This document shows positions 1-7,649 of a stretch of 64,000 bases of DNA, one piece after another. The notes under the pieces are model-generated. The model had not been told where the DNA came from and made no database searches. It saw only the letters and a program-made list of their open reading frames with translations. The stretch's first letter is position 1; the number at the start of each line of letters is the position of its first letter. The DNA lies in the IMG/VR virus record IMGVR_UViG_3300032893_000763, positions 29,769 through 93,768 of that record. The stretch is one strand, 5' to 3'. A program made the position numbers and the translations under genes. The DNA comes from a virus.

Positions 1-1
1 T

Positions 2-54
2 CATGTCCTAAGTATCGGCCTCCCAGGGTAAGAGGGCATCCCTCGGAAGGGTGA
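2..54 (-). promoter_or_regulatory. Repeated palindrome/leaderless promoter element, copy 1 (drives a gene running off the left edge)
   Basis: Minus strand TCACCC-TTCC-GAGGGA, 21 bp, CGATACT, 6 bp, ATG at 4..2. Confidence 0.85.
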
Positions 55-108
55 AATGCTACTCTTGATGGGTCACAACTTGGACTGAGGAAGGGAGGGA
101 CAAACTAC

Positions 109-324
109 ATGGCGAAGGCGAAGAAGACGCAGGCGGAGATCGTGCTCACGACCCTGGCTCGTCGCAAGACGGGCTTCACGGACGCGGAGTTGATCGAGGC
201 CACCGGGATCACGTTCGCGGACACGATCCGCTCGACGCTCAAGCGTGCGGGCAAGGTCGTCGCGGTCGGCACCAAGACCGACAAGACGACGGGCCGCACC
301 GTCAAGACGTGGGGCGTGGCGTAG
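109..324 (+). CDS. Small basic winged-helix-like DNA-binding protein
   Basis: 71 aa, SD GGGAGG. FTDAELIEATGI...TIRSTLKR helices followed by a beta-hairpin ending KTW. Confidence 0.6.
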   Translation: MAKAKKTQAEIVLTTLARRKTGFTDAELIEATGITFADTIRSTLKRAGKVVAVGTKTDKTTGRTVKTWGVA

Positions 325-400
325 GCCCGCCCCCCCGCGCACGCACGGCTAGGCGATACGACCGTGTGGGAGTCAACAGGCCGATCTCCCCGGCCACCGA

Positions 401-426
401 GAAGGGCTCCCCGGCGGGAGCCCTTC
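401..426. terminator. GC-rich hairpin between convergent genes
   Basis: GAAGGGCTCCC-CGGC-GGGAGCCCTTC, 11-bp perfect stem. Confidence 0.65.
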
Positions 427-427
427 G

Positions 428-748
428 CTATTCGGGCTCGTGGACGGCGGCAGCGAAGGCGAAGAAGTCGTCCATGATGCCCTCGATGGTGGGGTCGAGG
501 AACTGCGCGAGCAGCTTCCCGTCCCGCGACCGGCGCACCTGCGAGGAGACGATCCTGCCTCCGACAAGCTCCTGCGCGAGGACGACGGCACCACGGTAGC
601 TCGGGAGGCCCGTCACCGTCTTGCACGTCATGTCGTCGCGGAGGAACCGCACTGTGTAGTTGTCTGTCATGCCAGGGAGTCTCTCCGCGAGCGCCTCCTT
701 CTTACGCCGGTTGCAGTCGGGGCAGTTGATCGGAAGGCGGATGTCCAC
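428..748 (-). CDS. Hypothetical protein with N-terminal CxxC
   Basis: 106 aa ORF with phage-like codon usage, ends at the hairpin. Confidence 0.6.
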   Translation of the reverse strand: MDIRLPINCPDCNRRKKEALAERLPGMTDNYTVRFLRDDMTCKTVTGLPSYRGAVVLAQELVGGRIVSSQVRRSRDGKLLAQFLDPTIEGIMDDFFAFAAAVHEPE

Positions 749-752
749 AATA

Positions 753-805
753 TCACCCTATCGGGTGATGCACTCTTGGCGCAGACGGCCGATACTTGGG
801 ACATG
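753..805 (+). promoter_or_regulatory. Repeated promoter element, copy 2
   Basis: TCACCC-TATC-GGGTGA (perfect palindrome), 21 bp, CGATACT, TGGGAC, ATG803. Confidence 0.9.
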
Positions 806-994
806 AGCTACACACCGATCAACACAATCCGCGTCAACGGCACCCTGTTCGTCATGAGCGAGCGCACGTTCAACGACGTGTGCGAGGGTGCGCGGCTGGC
901 GCAGGCGGAGGCCACCGCGAAGGACGTGCGGAACTCCGTCGAGGCCCCGACCATGTGGGGCGAGGAGATCGACCCTCGCCTCGGGAGGATCTAA
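803..994 (+). CDS. Hypothetical early-type protein (MSYTPINTIRVNG...)
   Basis: Leaderless start at the repeat element; TAATG coupling to the next gene. Confidence 0.7.
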   Translation: MSYTPINTIRVNGTLFVMSERTFNDVCEGARLAQAEATAKDVRNSVEAPTMWGEEIDPRLGRI

Positions 995-1218
995 TGGCAC
1001 CGACCGTGAACAACCTCGGCGGCAAGATGTACGGCGACGGCGAGTACGTGTGCGAGTTCGAGAACGCCTCGTCCGACCTCTGCCCGACCACCGCTCTCCT
1101 GCTCTCCCCCTCGGGGCAGTGCTACACGACGCCCCTCCAGTCGGACGAGCAGGCCAACATCGCCACCGCCCGCAAGCTCATCCTCATCGTGCGGGCGAAG
1201 GAAGGAGCACTCTCGTGA
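994..1218 (+). CDS. Hypothetical protein
   Basis: Coupled start (TAATG), MAPTVNNLGG... Confidence 0.65.
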   Translation: MAPTVNNLGGKMYGDGEYVCEFENASSDLCPTTALLLSPSGQCYTTPLQSDEQANIATARKLILIVRAKEGALS

Positions 1219-1784
1219 ACGACGAGACGACACACGCAGTCTTCGCCACCACGCACCAACACGAGCGAGTCCGCGTGTCGGACGCCCTCGGCTGGCGCGA
1301 GGCACAGCGAGAGTGGCAGCGGCTCGACCTGCTTCGGCTCGCCGGGCTCATGCCGCACGTCAAGCACCTGGAGGTTCGCTCGACGGACGATCCCGGCTAC
1401 ATCTCGGCCCGGCTCTCGTTCCTGCACCGCAGGCCCGTGCTCAAGGGCTCGCGCGGCTACGCCGACTCCAAGGGGTCGGGGTGGGGCAACGAGTACACCG
1501 GCAAGGAGAAGGCGGCTCGCAAGGCGTGGAGCCTGTTCGCGCCGACGTTCCGCGCATCGTGGGACAAGGATCGGGACAAGTTCCGCCGGTCGCAGGGCAA
1601 GGCCCCGCTCATGGAGCGCACGGGCGTGCAGGGCTCGGGCGGCTGGTACTACTGGCCGAACGGCACCACGGCAGCACAGGGCCTCTCCTCGCTCGCCACG
1701 CTGTGCGAGCGGCGCGGGCTCATCGTCCAGGGCCTCAACGACAAGTGGTTCGCTCTCGACTTGAGCGAGCCGGAAGGAGTCTGA
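1215..1784 (+). CDS. Hypothetical protein
   Basis: GTGA overlap, SD GAAGGAG, high GC3. Confidence 0.7.
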   Translation: MNDETTHAVFATTHQHERVRVSDALGWREAQREWQRLDLLRLAGLMPHVKHLEVRSTDDPGYISARLSFLHRRPVLKGSRGYADSKGSGWGNEYTGKEKAARKAWSLFAPTFRASWDKDRDKFRRSQGKAPLMERTGVQGSGGWYYWPNGTTAAQGLSSLATLCERRGLIVQGLNDKWFALDLSEPEGV

Positions 1785-1785
1785 C

Positions 1786-2004
1786 ATGAAGCGCAGCCGG
1801 TTCCAAGCGTTGTTCAACGACTGCCCCGGTGCAGTGCTCGGCTCCGGGCCGGAGATGTCCAACCCTGGCCGCATCATCGTGGAGTCCGAGGACTCCGTGC
1901 GGGCCATCGAGTACATGCGCACCAAGACCAAGATGCTCCGCATCGAGCCGCACACGCGGTGGTGCGAGGGCATCGTCATCGTCTTCGACTGGAAGGAGAA
2001 CTGA
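1786..2004 (+). CDS. Hypothetical protein
   Basis: SD GAAGGAG, tightly packed operon. Confidence 0.65.
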   Translation: MKRSRFQALFNDCPGAVLGSGPEMSNPGRIIVESEDSVRAIEYMRTKTKMLRIEPHTRWCEGIVIVFDWKEN

Positions 2005-2005
2005 G

Positions 2006-2197
2006 ATGGGCGACGAACTTCCGATCTACGTCCACGTCCGCACCGGCTCGCGTGAGTGGCAGTACCGCTTCACGCAGGGCGTCGGCATCGAGCGCCGGTA
2101 CTACCGGCAGGCGACCCTCAAGTGGAGCAAGTGGGAGCCCGAGCCGAACTCCAGCGTCTCGGACGCGGTGCTCACGCTCATGGTCGAGATGCGCTAG
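2006..2197 (+). CDS. Hypothetical protein
   Basis: SD GAAGGAG, MGDELPIYVH... Confidence 0.6.
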   Translation: MGDELPIYVHVRTGSREWQYRFTQGVGIERRYYRQATLKWSKWEPEPNSSVSDAVLTLMVEMR

Positions 2198-2850
2198 CCG
2201 AACAGGCGCTTCCAGAAGCCGGGGCTCTCTACGGGCTCCGGCTTCTGTGCGGGCTCTACGATGTAGCGCGGGAAGTCGAGGCGCTCGAAGCCCTGGCCCA
2301 TGTGCTCCGCGAGCACCACGAGCCCGCGTGCGAGCCCGTCGAGCCGCTCCAGGACTTCGGCGTGCTGCTCGTGCATGTCCCGAGCCACGGCCGCGATCAG
2401 GGCCTCCAGGGCCTCGGTGTCGAGCCCCTCGACCACGGAGGGGTCGAACGTCTCAAGCTTCGGGCCGTAGTCCTTCTCGACCAACTCCTCCCCGAGGTCG
2501 AACTCGTCCTCGGCCTCTGCCTCGGCCTCATCACCGACCTCGAAGGGCTCGTCGGCGTCGGCGGCTTCGCGGGTGCCCGGCTGCGTGCCGGTGTAGTCCG
2601 TGTAGTCCATCTCGACCACCACGCCCGCCGCCTCGGCCGATCCCCGGAAGGAGCGACGGCCGCGAGCTTCGGCAGCTTGTGCCGACCGGCCCACACCGAC
2701 GCCTTCGAGATTGTCGGCCGCGCCCGGCTGCCTGCCGTGGATCACACGCTCTCCGGGCTTGTGCGGGTCTACCTCGCCCGCAAGCACGAGTGCCCTGCGC
2801 TTGGCCTGGATACGGGCCGTGAGGTCTTGACTCTCTGCGTCCAGTCCCAT
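2194..2850 (-). CDS. Acidic hypothetical protein, C-terminus GFWKRLFG
   Basis: TACACT-6nt-ATG leaderless start at 2850; amphipathic membrane-targeting-like tail. Confidence 0.7.
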   Translation of the reverse strand: MGLDAESQDLTARIQAKRRALVLAGEVDPHKPGERVIHGRQPGAADNLEGVGVGRSAQAAEARGRRSFRGSAEAAGVVVEMDYTDYTGTQPGTREAADADEPFEVGDEAEAEAEDEFDLGEELVEKDYGPKLETFDPSVVEGLDTEALEALIAAVARDMHEQHAEVLERLDGLARGLVVLAEHMGQGFERLDFPRYIVEPAQKPEPVESPGFWKRLFG

Positions 2851-2902
2851 GCCGGAAGTGTACCAGGCGTTCAACTCGGCCCGCTTCGGCTAGAATCGGG
2901 GC

Positions 2903-4006
2903 ATGAAGGTGATGATGCTCCTCAACGAGGACGGGCAGCCCTGCGCCTACCACTTCGGCCCGGAAGGCACCGTCTTCCGCTTCTCCGCAGACGACGCCGA
3001 CGCACAGGCAATCGCGTTCACCAAGGCTGTGAACGACGGCATCGAGCGCGGAGAGGAGATCGAGGGCGAGGCTGCGCTCCAGGTGGCCGAGGTCATCAAG
3101 GAGGCTGCGGCTGGCACCGTCGTCTGGAACGGCGAGGACGGCCTCAACGACTGGCGCGACGACATCCAGGCTTCGCTTCCGCGCGACTCGTCCGGCTCCG
3201 GCCCCTACGCCGAGATCGGCGGCACCTACAGCTTCTACGTCGAGGACATCTCGCGCGACGGCACCAAGGCCCTCGTCTGCGGATGGGGCAGCGGCCAGTC
3301 CGAACACTACGTCGTCCCGATCACGGTCAACGCCGAGGGCGAGCCCTGCGCCGCGCCGAAGGACAAGTGGGTCAAGGTCGAGGAGCAGTACGTCGCCACG
3401 CTCAAGGCCGGGCGCAAGTTCTCCTCGAAGCACCTGGAGGCGATGAAGACGGCGCATGAGGCGCTCGGCAAGCTCATCGCCGTCGGGGACGCCGAGCGCG
3501 AGGCTCCGGCCAACGAGAAGGGTGACGAGCCCACCGAGAAGTCCGCGCTCGCGTACACGGTCGAGAAGGCGAACAGCGCGATGCGCTACACGCTCGGCCC
3601 GTTGTACGCTCCGATGCGCGAGGACGCCCACAAGGAGTGGATCGAGGCGGACGAGTTGCAGAAGTCCGTCCACGACTTCGTGCGCGACTCGGCCGAAAAT
3701 GGTCGGCGCATCAACCTCCAGCACGGCGACCTCGGAGACATCCAGTGCGGCGAGTGGGTCGAGTGCCTGGCGTGGCCGTACGAGCACACGATCAAGGTGC
3801 GCAACGCCGCAGGCGAGGAGCACGAGGTCGAGATGCCTGCGGGCACCGTCTACCTCGGGGTCGTGTGGGACGAGGAGTATTGGGACGTGGAGAAGTCCCG
3901 CCCGAAGGGCATCGACGGCTACTCCCTCGGCGGTCGCGCGATGAAGGTGCGCGGGACGAGCGAGGCGCTCAAGTCGATGGGCTACAAGGTTCAGAAGACC
4001 GCCTAG
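2903..4006 (+). CDS. XkdF-like putative prohead (capsid maturation) serine protease
   Basis: C-terminal RYTLGPLYAP..DAH.EW..ELQKSVHDF..INLQH..GTVYLGV..GYSLGG; TAGAAT-6nt-ATG start. Confidence 0.8.
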   Translation: MKVMMLLNEDGQPCAYHFGPEGTVFRFSADDADAQAIAFTKAVNDGIERGEEIEGEAALQVAEVIKEAAAGTVVWNGEDGLNDWRDDIQASLPRDSSGSGPYAEIGGTYSFYVEDISRDGTKALVCGWGSGQSEHYVVPITVNAEGEPCAAPKDKWVKVEEQYVATLKAGRKFSSKHLEAMKTAHEALGKLIAVGDAEREAPANEKGDEPTEKSALAYTVEKANSAMRYTLGPLYAPMREDAHKEWIEADELQKSVHDFVRDSAENGRRINLQHGDLGDIQCGEWVECLAWPYEHTIKVRNAAGEEHEVEMPAGTVYLGVVWDEEYWDVEKSRPKGIDGYSLGGRAMKVRGTSEALKSMGYKVQKTA

Positions 4007-4010
4007 TGGC

Positions 4011-4310
4011 ATGGCTCCGGGAGACGAGAACCTCACAGTGAGTCTTCTCCGCGCGGAGATCCGCGCGGCCCGCGCTGAGGATCGCAACGAGTTCTTCATG
4101 GAACTCGACAAGAGACTCAAGCCGGTGCACGACCACATCGCCGCGATCAATCGGGGCGAGTTCACGGACGGCTTCAAGGCCGGAATCCTCCGCGTCGTCG
4201 GAGAGCAGGTCGTCAGCCGGTGGACGATGAAGGCGAACAAGGCCGTCGTCTACACCGCCATCGTGGCGCTCGCTACGCTCGCCACCAACATCGCTCTCAT
4301 CGTCCACTAG
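4011..4310 (+). CDS. Small membrane protein, C-terminal TM helix
   Basis: AVVYTAIVALATLATNIALIV hydrophobic tail. Confidence 0.65.
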   Translation: MAPGDENLTVSLLRAEIRAARAEDRNEFFMELDKRLKPVHDHIAAINRGEFTDGFKAGILRVVGEQVVSRWTMKANKAVVYTAIVALATLATNIALIVH

Positions 4311-4319
4311 GCTCCCGCC

Positions 4320-4670
4320 ATGTCGGCCAGGGTGTGCGACCGCTGCTCCGTCCGGTGGCCGAAGGGCGAGGAGTTCAAGAAGTGCCCCGGCTGCGGGCGC
4401 AACACGCAGTTCCGCGTGCACATCGAGGCGGAGGACGGGTGGGAGGATCGCTACCTCGACGCTCAGCGGGCGAATAGCGCCATGCCTGCCGTCGAGTCCC
4501 GCACCGACGCCGACCGGCTCGACCGCTTCCAGAAGGCCGGGCTCGACCTCGCGCGGGCGCTGGAGTTCGCCGGGAACCGGCACGTGGATCTCTCGCTGTT
4601 CGAGCGCCTCCGGGGGCAGGGGTGCCCGCTGGAGACTGCCGTCGAGATCGTCGGCCCGATAGACTCCTAG
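4320..4670 (+). CDS. Zn-ribbon hypothetical protein
   Basis: CDRC...CPGC; C-terminal VDL..L..GCPLETAVEI motif. Confidence 0.7.
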   Translation: MSARVCDRCSVRWPKGEEFKKCPGCGRNTQFRVHIEAEDGWEDRYLDAQRANSAMPAVESRTDADRLDRFQKAGLDLARALEFAGNRHVDLSLFERLRGQGCPLETAVEIVGPIDS

Positions 4671-4672
4671 AC

Positions 4673-5050
4673 GTGAGCCGGACTGAGATCCCCGTCTACG
4701 CGGTCAACCGCGTAGCCTACGAGCCGTACGACGCCGTGAACGGCGATCCGACCAACGGCATGTACTTCGCGGACAACGGCGGCTACACGTGGCTGGAGAT
4801 CGACAACCCCGGCTCGCTGCCGATCACCGTCGGCGCGGTCGTCTCGGTGGACGCGGTGGACGACATCGTGATCCCGGACAAGGAGATCGAGGTCGATCCC
4901 GGCTCGGCCGTGCACTTCGGCCCGTTCCCGAAGAAGTGGTACTCGCAGCCCGACCTCTCGGTCTACTTCGAGGTCGATCCCGACGGGGTGTACGGCGATG
5001 AAGGCACGTGCCTCACGTTCTCCGCCTACGAACTCTCCAGCGTGATCTAA
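4673..5050 (+). CDS. Putative virion structural protein
   Basis: Beta-rich, GDPTNGMYF..WLEIDN..FGPFP..Y.QPD pattern; GTG start. Confidence 0.55.
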   Translation: MSRTEIPVYAVNRVAYEPYDAVNGDPTNGMYFADNGGYTWLEIDNPGSLPITVGAVVSVDAVDDIVIPDKEIEVDPGSAVHFGPFPKKWYSQPDLSVYFEVDPDGVYGDEGTCLTFSAYELSSVI

Positions 5051-5583
5051 TGGGCTACGCTCCGGTCACGCTCATCAAGACTCCGCCTGCCGATCCGGTC
5101 GCTGGCACGTCGCTCACCGTCCTGGACGACACGGGCGACCGCTACCCGGCGACTCCGTTCACCGGCCTCGTCTTCCCGCTCCAGACCATCCCCACCATCG
5201 GCGTGAACGCCGAGGAGGTCACGGTCACGGAGGTCGAGGGCGACACGCTCACCATCGTGCGTGGTGACTCGCCCATCGCCATCACGTCGGGCCTCCAGTT
5301 GTGGGCGACTCGCACGCAGACGAACTACGACAACGGCGCAACCGTGACGCTCTCGCAGGACTTCCCGGACACCGACACGACCGTCTACCTCATGCTGCGC
5401 ACACCGCAGGGCGAGGTCGGCCGCTACGGGACGGCGCTCTCCTCCGTGGACGGCGAGGGTGTGACGACGTACAGCTTCGAGTTCGTCGTCAACGAGTCCG
5501 GCCAGTGGTACTACGGGTGGGCGAGCGATCAGCGTGTCGAGCCCGAGCAGGACTTCTACGTCCGGTTCTCCGAGGTTCTGTAG
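5050..5583 (+). CDS. Putative virion structural protein
   Basis: TAATG coupling; EEVTVT..GDTLTIVRG beta pattern typical of tail/baseplate accessories. Confidence 0.55.
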   Translation: MGYAPVTLIKTPPADPVAGTSLTVLDDTGDRYPATPFTGLVFPLQTIPTIGVNAEEVTVTEVEGDTLTIVRGDSPIAITSGLQLWATRTQTNYDNGATVTLSQDFPDTDTTVYLMLRTPQGEVGRYGTALSSVDGEGVTTYSFEFVVNESGQWYYGWASDQRVEPEQDFYVRFSEVL

Positions 5584-6101
5584 TGCCGCTCCCGCCCGGA
5601 GCAGACGAGTTCTCCCCGCCGGTCGGCGCTCCCTTCCCCGAAGGGATCGTGGTGCTCGGCGTGCCGGGGCCTGCCGGTGAAGGCGGCGGCGGATCGCTCA
5701 ACGGCATCTCCAACCCGTCTGCCGGAATCCTGGAGGGTGTCCACGGAGGCGAGCTTCGGTTCTCGGACGAGAATGGTGCCGTGACGCTCCAGTCCGCCGG
5801 AGGCAGCGGTGTCGCCCTCGTTGACCCGAGCGGTGGAGAGATCCAGGTCAAGGGAGACGGCACCGTCTGGATTCACGCCACGGACGAGGACATCGTGGTC
5901 GAGGTCGGCGGCGGTGGCGAGTTCATCGTCGGCGGCACGGCAGGAGACAACCCCGCCAACATGAAGCTCCGCGTCAACGGGCGCGGCGTCGGCTTCTACG
6001 GCAACGACGCCATCGACCAACCGACCGTATCGGCCACCCCGAACGCACAGGACGTGGTTGACGCCCTCGTGGCGCTCGGGCTCGTGACGCAGGCGTCGTA
6101 G
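5583..6101 (+). CDS. Putative fibre/decoration protein
   Basis: C-terminal VGFYG..QPTV..VVDALVALGL motif typical of phage fibre termini. Confidence 0.55.
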   Translation: MPLPPGADEFSPPVGAPFPEGIVVLGVPGPAGEGGGGSLNGISNPSAGILEGVHGGELRFSDENGAVTLQSAGGSGVALVDPSGGEIQVKGDGTVWIHATDEDIVVEVGGGGEFIVGGTAGDNPANMKLRVNGRGVGFYGNDAIDQPTVSATPNAQDVVDALVALGLVTQAS

Positions 6102-6118
6102 GGCGCTAGAATCCTGAC

Positions 6119-6352
6119 ATGGCCGCGTACACGATCATCAACGGCACGGACTCGCAGTTGTCGAACGTGGACGGCTCCTCGACCAACGTGGACGCCCACA
6201 CGTACAAGGATGGCGTGACGCTCGACTCGTCGCACCTGACGACGCTGCTCACCACGGCCGGGGTCGCAGTCGTGAAGGATCTCACCGGGGTCGCGGACGC
6301 CACGCAGAAGAAGCGCATCATCGCGGTCGCGTCCCTCTACGCCTCGACGTAG
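6119..6352 (+). CDS. Hypothetical protein (possible head decoration)
   Basis: TAGAAT-6nt-ATG start, 77 aa. Confidence 0.65.
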   Translation: MAAYTIINGTDSQLSNVDGSSTNVDAHTYKDGVTLDSSHLTTLLTTAGVAVVKDLTGVADATQKKRIIAVASLYAST

Positions 6353-6355
6353 CGC

Positions 6356-6526
6356 ATGTTCTACGCCATCACAGGAGCCGTGCTCGGCACCTACGAGGCG
6401 GTGGCAGTTACGACCAAGCGGGTGCCCACCGTGAGCGCCTGGAGCGCCCGGCGTCGGCACACGAGAGTGCTGGCCGTGGCGTGGGCTCTCGGGCTCGCGG
6501 TGCACCTGGCGAGGCACAAGCCGTGA
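6356..6526 (+). CDS. Small membrane protein
   Basis: MFYAITGAVLGTYEAVAV...VLAVAWALGLAVHL, two hydrophobic segments (read by hand, below the ORF-track cutoff). Confidence 0.55.
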   Translation: MFYAITGAVLGTYEAVAVTTKRVPTVSAWSARRRHTRVLAVAWALGLAVHLARHKP

Positions 6527-6654
6527 GCGACAAGCACAAGCACGAGCACAAGCCCGAGCTTGAAAAGGACGAGGAGGAAGTCAAGCCCGAGCTTGAACTC
6601 AACGACGCCGAGAAGGCGTTGGAGGAGCTTCTCGTGGAGGGCGACTTCTCCTAA
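6523..6654 (+). CDS. Small acidic peptide
   Basis: GTGA overlap; MSDKHKHEHKPELEKDEEE... Confidence 0.5.
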   Translation: MSDKHKHEHKPELEKDEEEVKPELELNDAEKALEELLVEGDFS

Positions 6655-6662
6655 GAACCACT

Positions 6663-6694
6663 ACGGCCCCCGGACTCGATGCACCGGGGGCCGT
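6663..6694. terminator. Hairpin between convergent units
   Basis: ACGGCCCCCGG...CCGGGGGCCGT, 11-bp stem. Confidence 0.65.
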
Positions 6695-6728
6695 CTTGGC
6701 GGGGGAGGGGGCTACCGGCCCCGCAAGC

Positions 6729-7001
6729 TCATCGGTAGTTGGAGAGCGTCTCGCGCTCCCACGCTGCGACCTCCAGGCATCCGCCGGGGTCGTCGTGGAT
6801 CGCGCAGCGGCGGCAGTAGCCGCACGGCTTCGGGGGGTGGCGCTTGACGAAGCCGACGCTCATGCACTGGAAGGTGTCCGAGCCGATCACGAGCAGGTCA
6901 CCGACGCTCATGCTCGGGAGCCGGTAGCCGATGGCCTCAAGCCGGTCGGCGTCGGCCTCGGTCACGCGGTTGAAGAACCGGAAGGCGTCCTCGGGGCTCA
7001 T
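6729..7001 (-). CDS. YodL-like domain protein (possibly the 3' part of a frameshifted gene starting at 7108)
   Basis: AFRFFN...PSMSVGDLLV...FQCMSVGF motif. Confidence 0.55.
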   Translation of the reverse strand: MSPEDAFRFFNRVTEADADRLEAIGYRLPSMSVGDLLVIGSDTFQCMSVGFVKRHPPKPCGYCRRCAIHDDPGGCLEVAAWERETLSNYR

Positions 7002-7105
7002 CGCCGGGAGGGAGCCGCTCCACTCGGTCGCCCGCGTGGGGCGGCCTCCTGGATGCGCGAGGCAATCGCGGAGACGACAGTGATGTGGGTGTTCTGTGAA
7101 GTGGT

Positions 7106-7160
7106 CATGTTCACAGTATCGGCCATATTCACAGGTGTTGTGAATCACCCGAAAGAGTGA
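7106..7160 (-). promoter_or_regulatory. Repeated promoter element, copy 3
   Basis: TCACTC-TTTC-GGGTGA, 23 bp, CGATACT, 6 bp, ATG7108. Confidence 0.85.
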
Positions 7161-7163
7161 AGA

Positions 7164-7241
7164 TGCGGCGGCGCGGAGCGGGCCTCGAACCCGCAACCTC
7201 CGATGCCTCGGGCTCTACCTCTTGAGCTACCCGCCCGCCGC
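7164..7241 (-). ncRNA. tRNA-like RNA with truncated anticodon arm
   Basis: TA-GCTC-AAGAGGTA-GAGC D arm; CCGA-GGCA-TCGG mini arm; AGGTT variable loop; GCGGG-TTCGAGG-CCCGC T arm; extended acceptor stem. Confidence 0.7.
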
Positions 7242-7291
7242 GTGCCGGTTGCACCCCGGCGGCGTCAGCCGGGAAGGAACCGGAAACCCTA

Positions 7292-7617
7292 TGGAGCCGG
7301 TGGGAATCGAACCCACGTCCGAACAGGTGGTGCGCTGGAAGTTGATAGCAGCTTCTTGGGGGCATGTGCCCTCCACCAGGGCAGCCGTCTCTCCGGCTCC
7401 GTAGTCCGCTCGTCTCTCCGAGCCGTCCTTCGCGTGGTGCCCTACGCGAACGAGGGAGCGAAGGCCGGGGACGCAGGCACGAGGCCCTTGATCCACGACT
7501 TCGCCGCGACGATCAGCTTGGTGATCGCACTTGACGTTGCCCTCCGGGCCGGTGCGGTAGGCCGCAACCCGCTGCCTTCTCACGTCCGTTCCTATCCGTC
7601 GAAGCCAGGTCGGCCCC
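7292..7617 (-). ncRNA. ssrA: tmRNA
   Basis: 5' GGGGCCGACCTGGCTTCGACGG; 3' GGACGTGGGTTCGATTCCCACCGGCTCCA; acceptor stem with G3:U alanine identity pair; internal tag ORF 7528-7442; TACACT -10 at 7630-7625. Confidence 0.93.
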
Positions 7618-7649
7618 GCGAGAGAGTGTAGCACCCTCACGGGAGCCCC

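Noticed and set aside
7164-7241. A canonical tRNA (for example Cys-GCA)
   Set aside because: The anticodon arm has only a 4-nt loop and cannot present an anticodon normally; reported as tRNA-like instead
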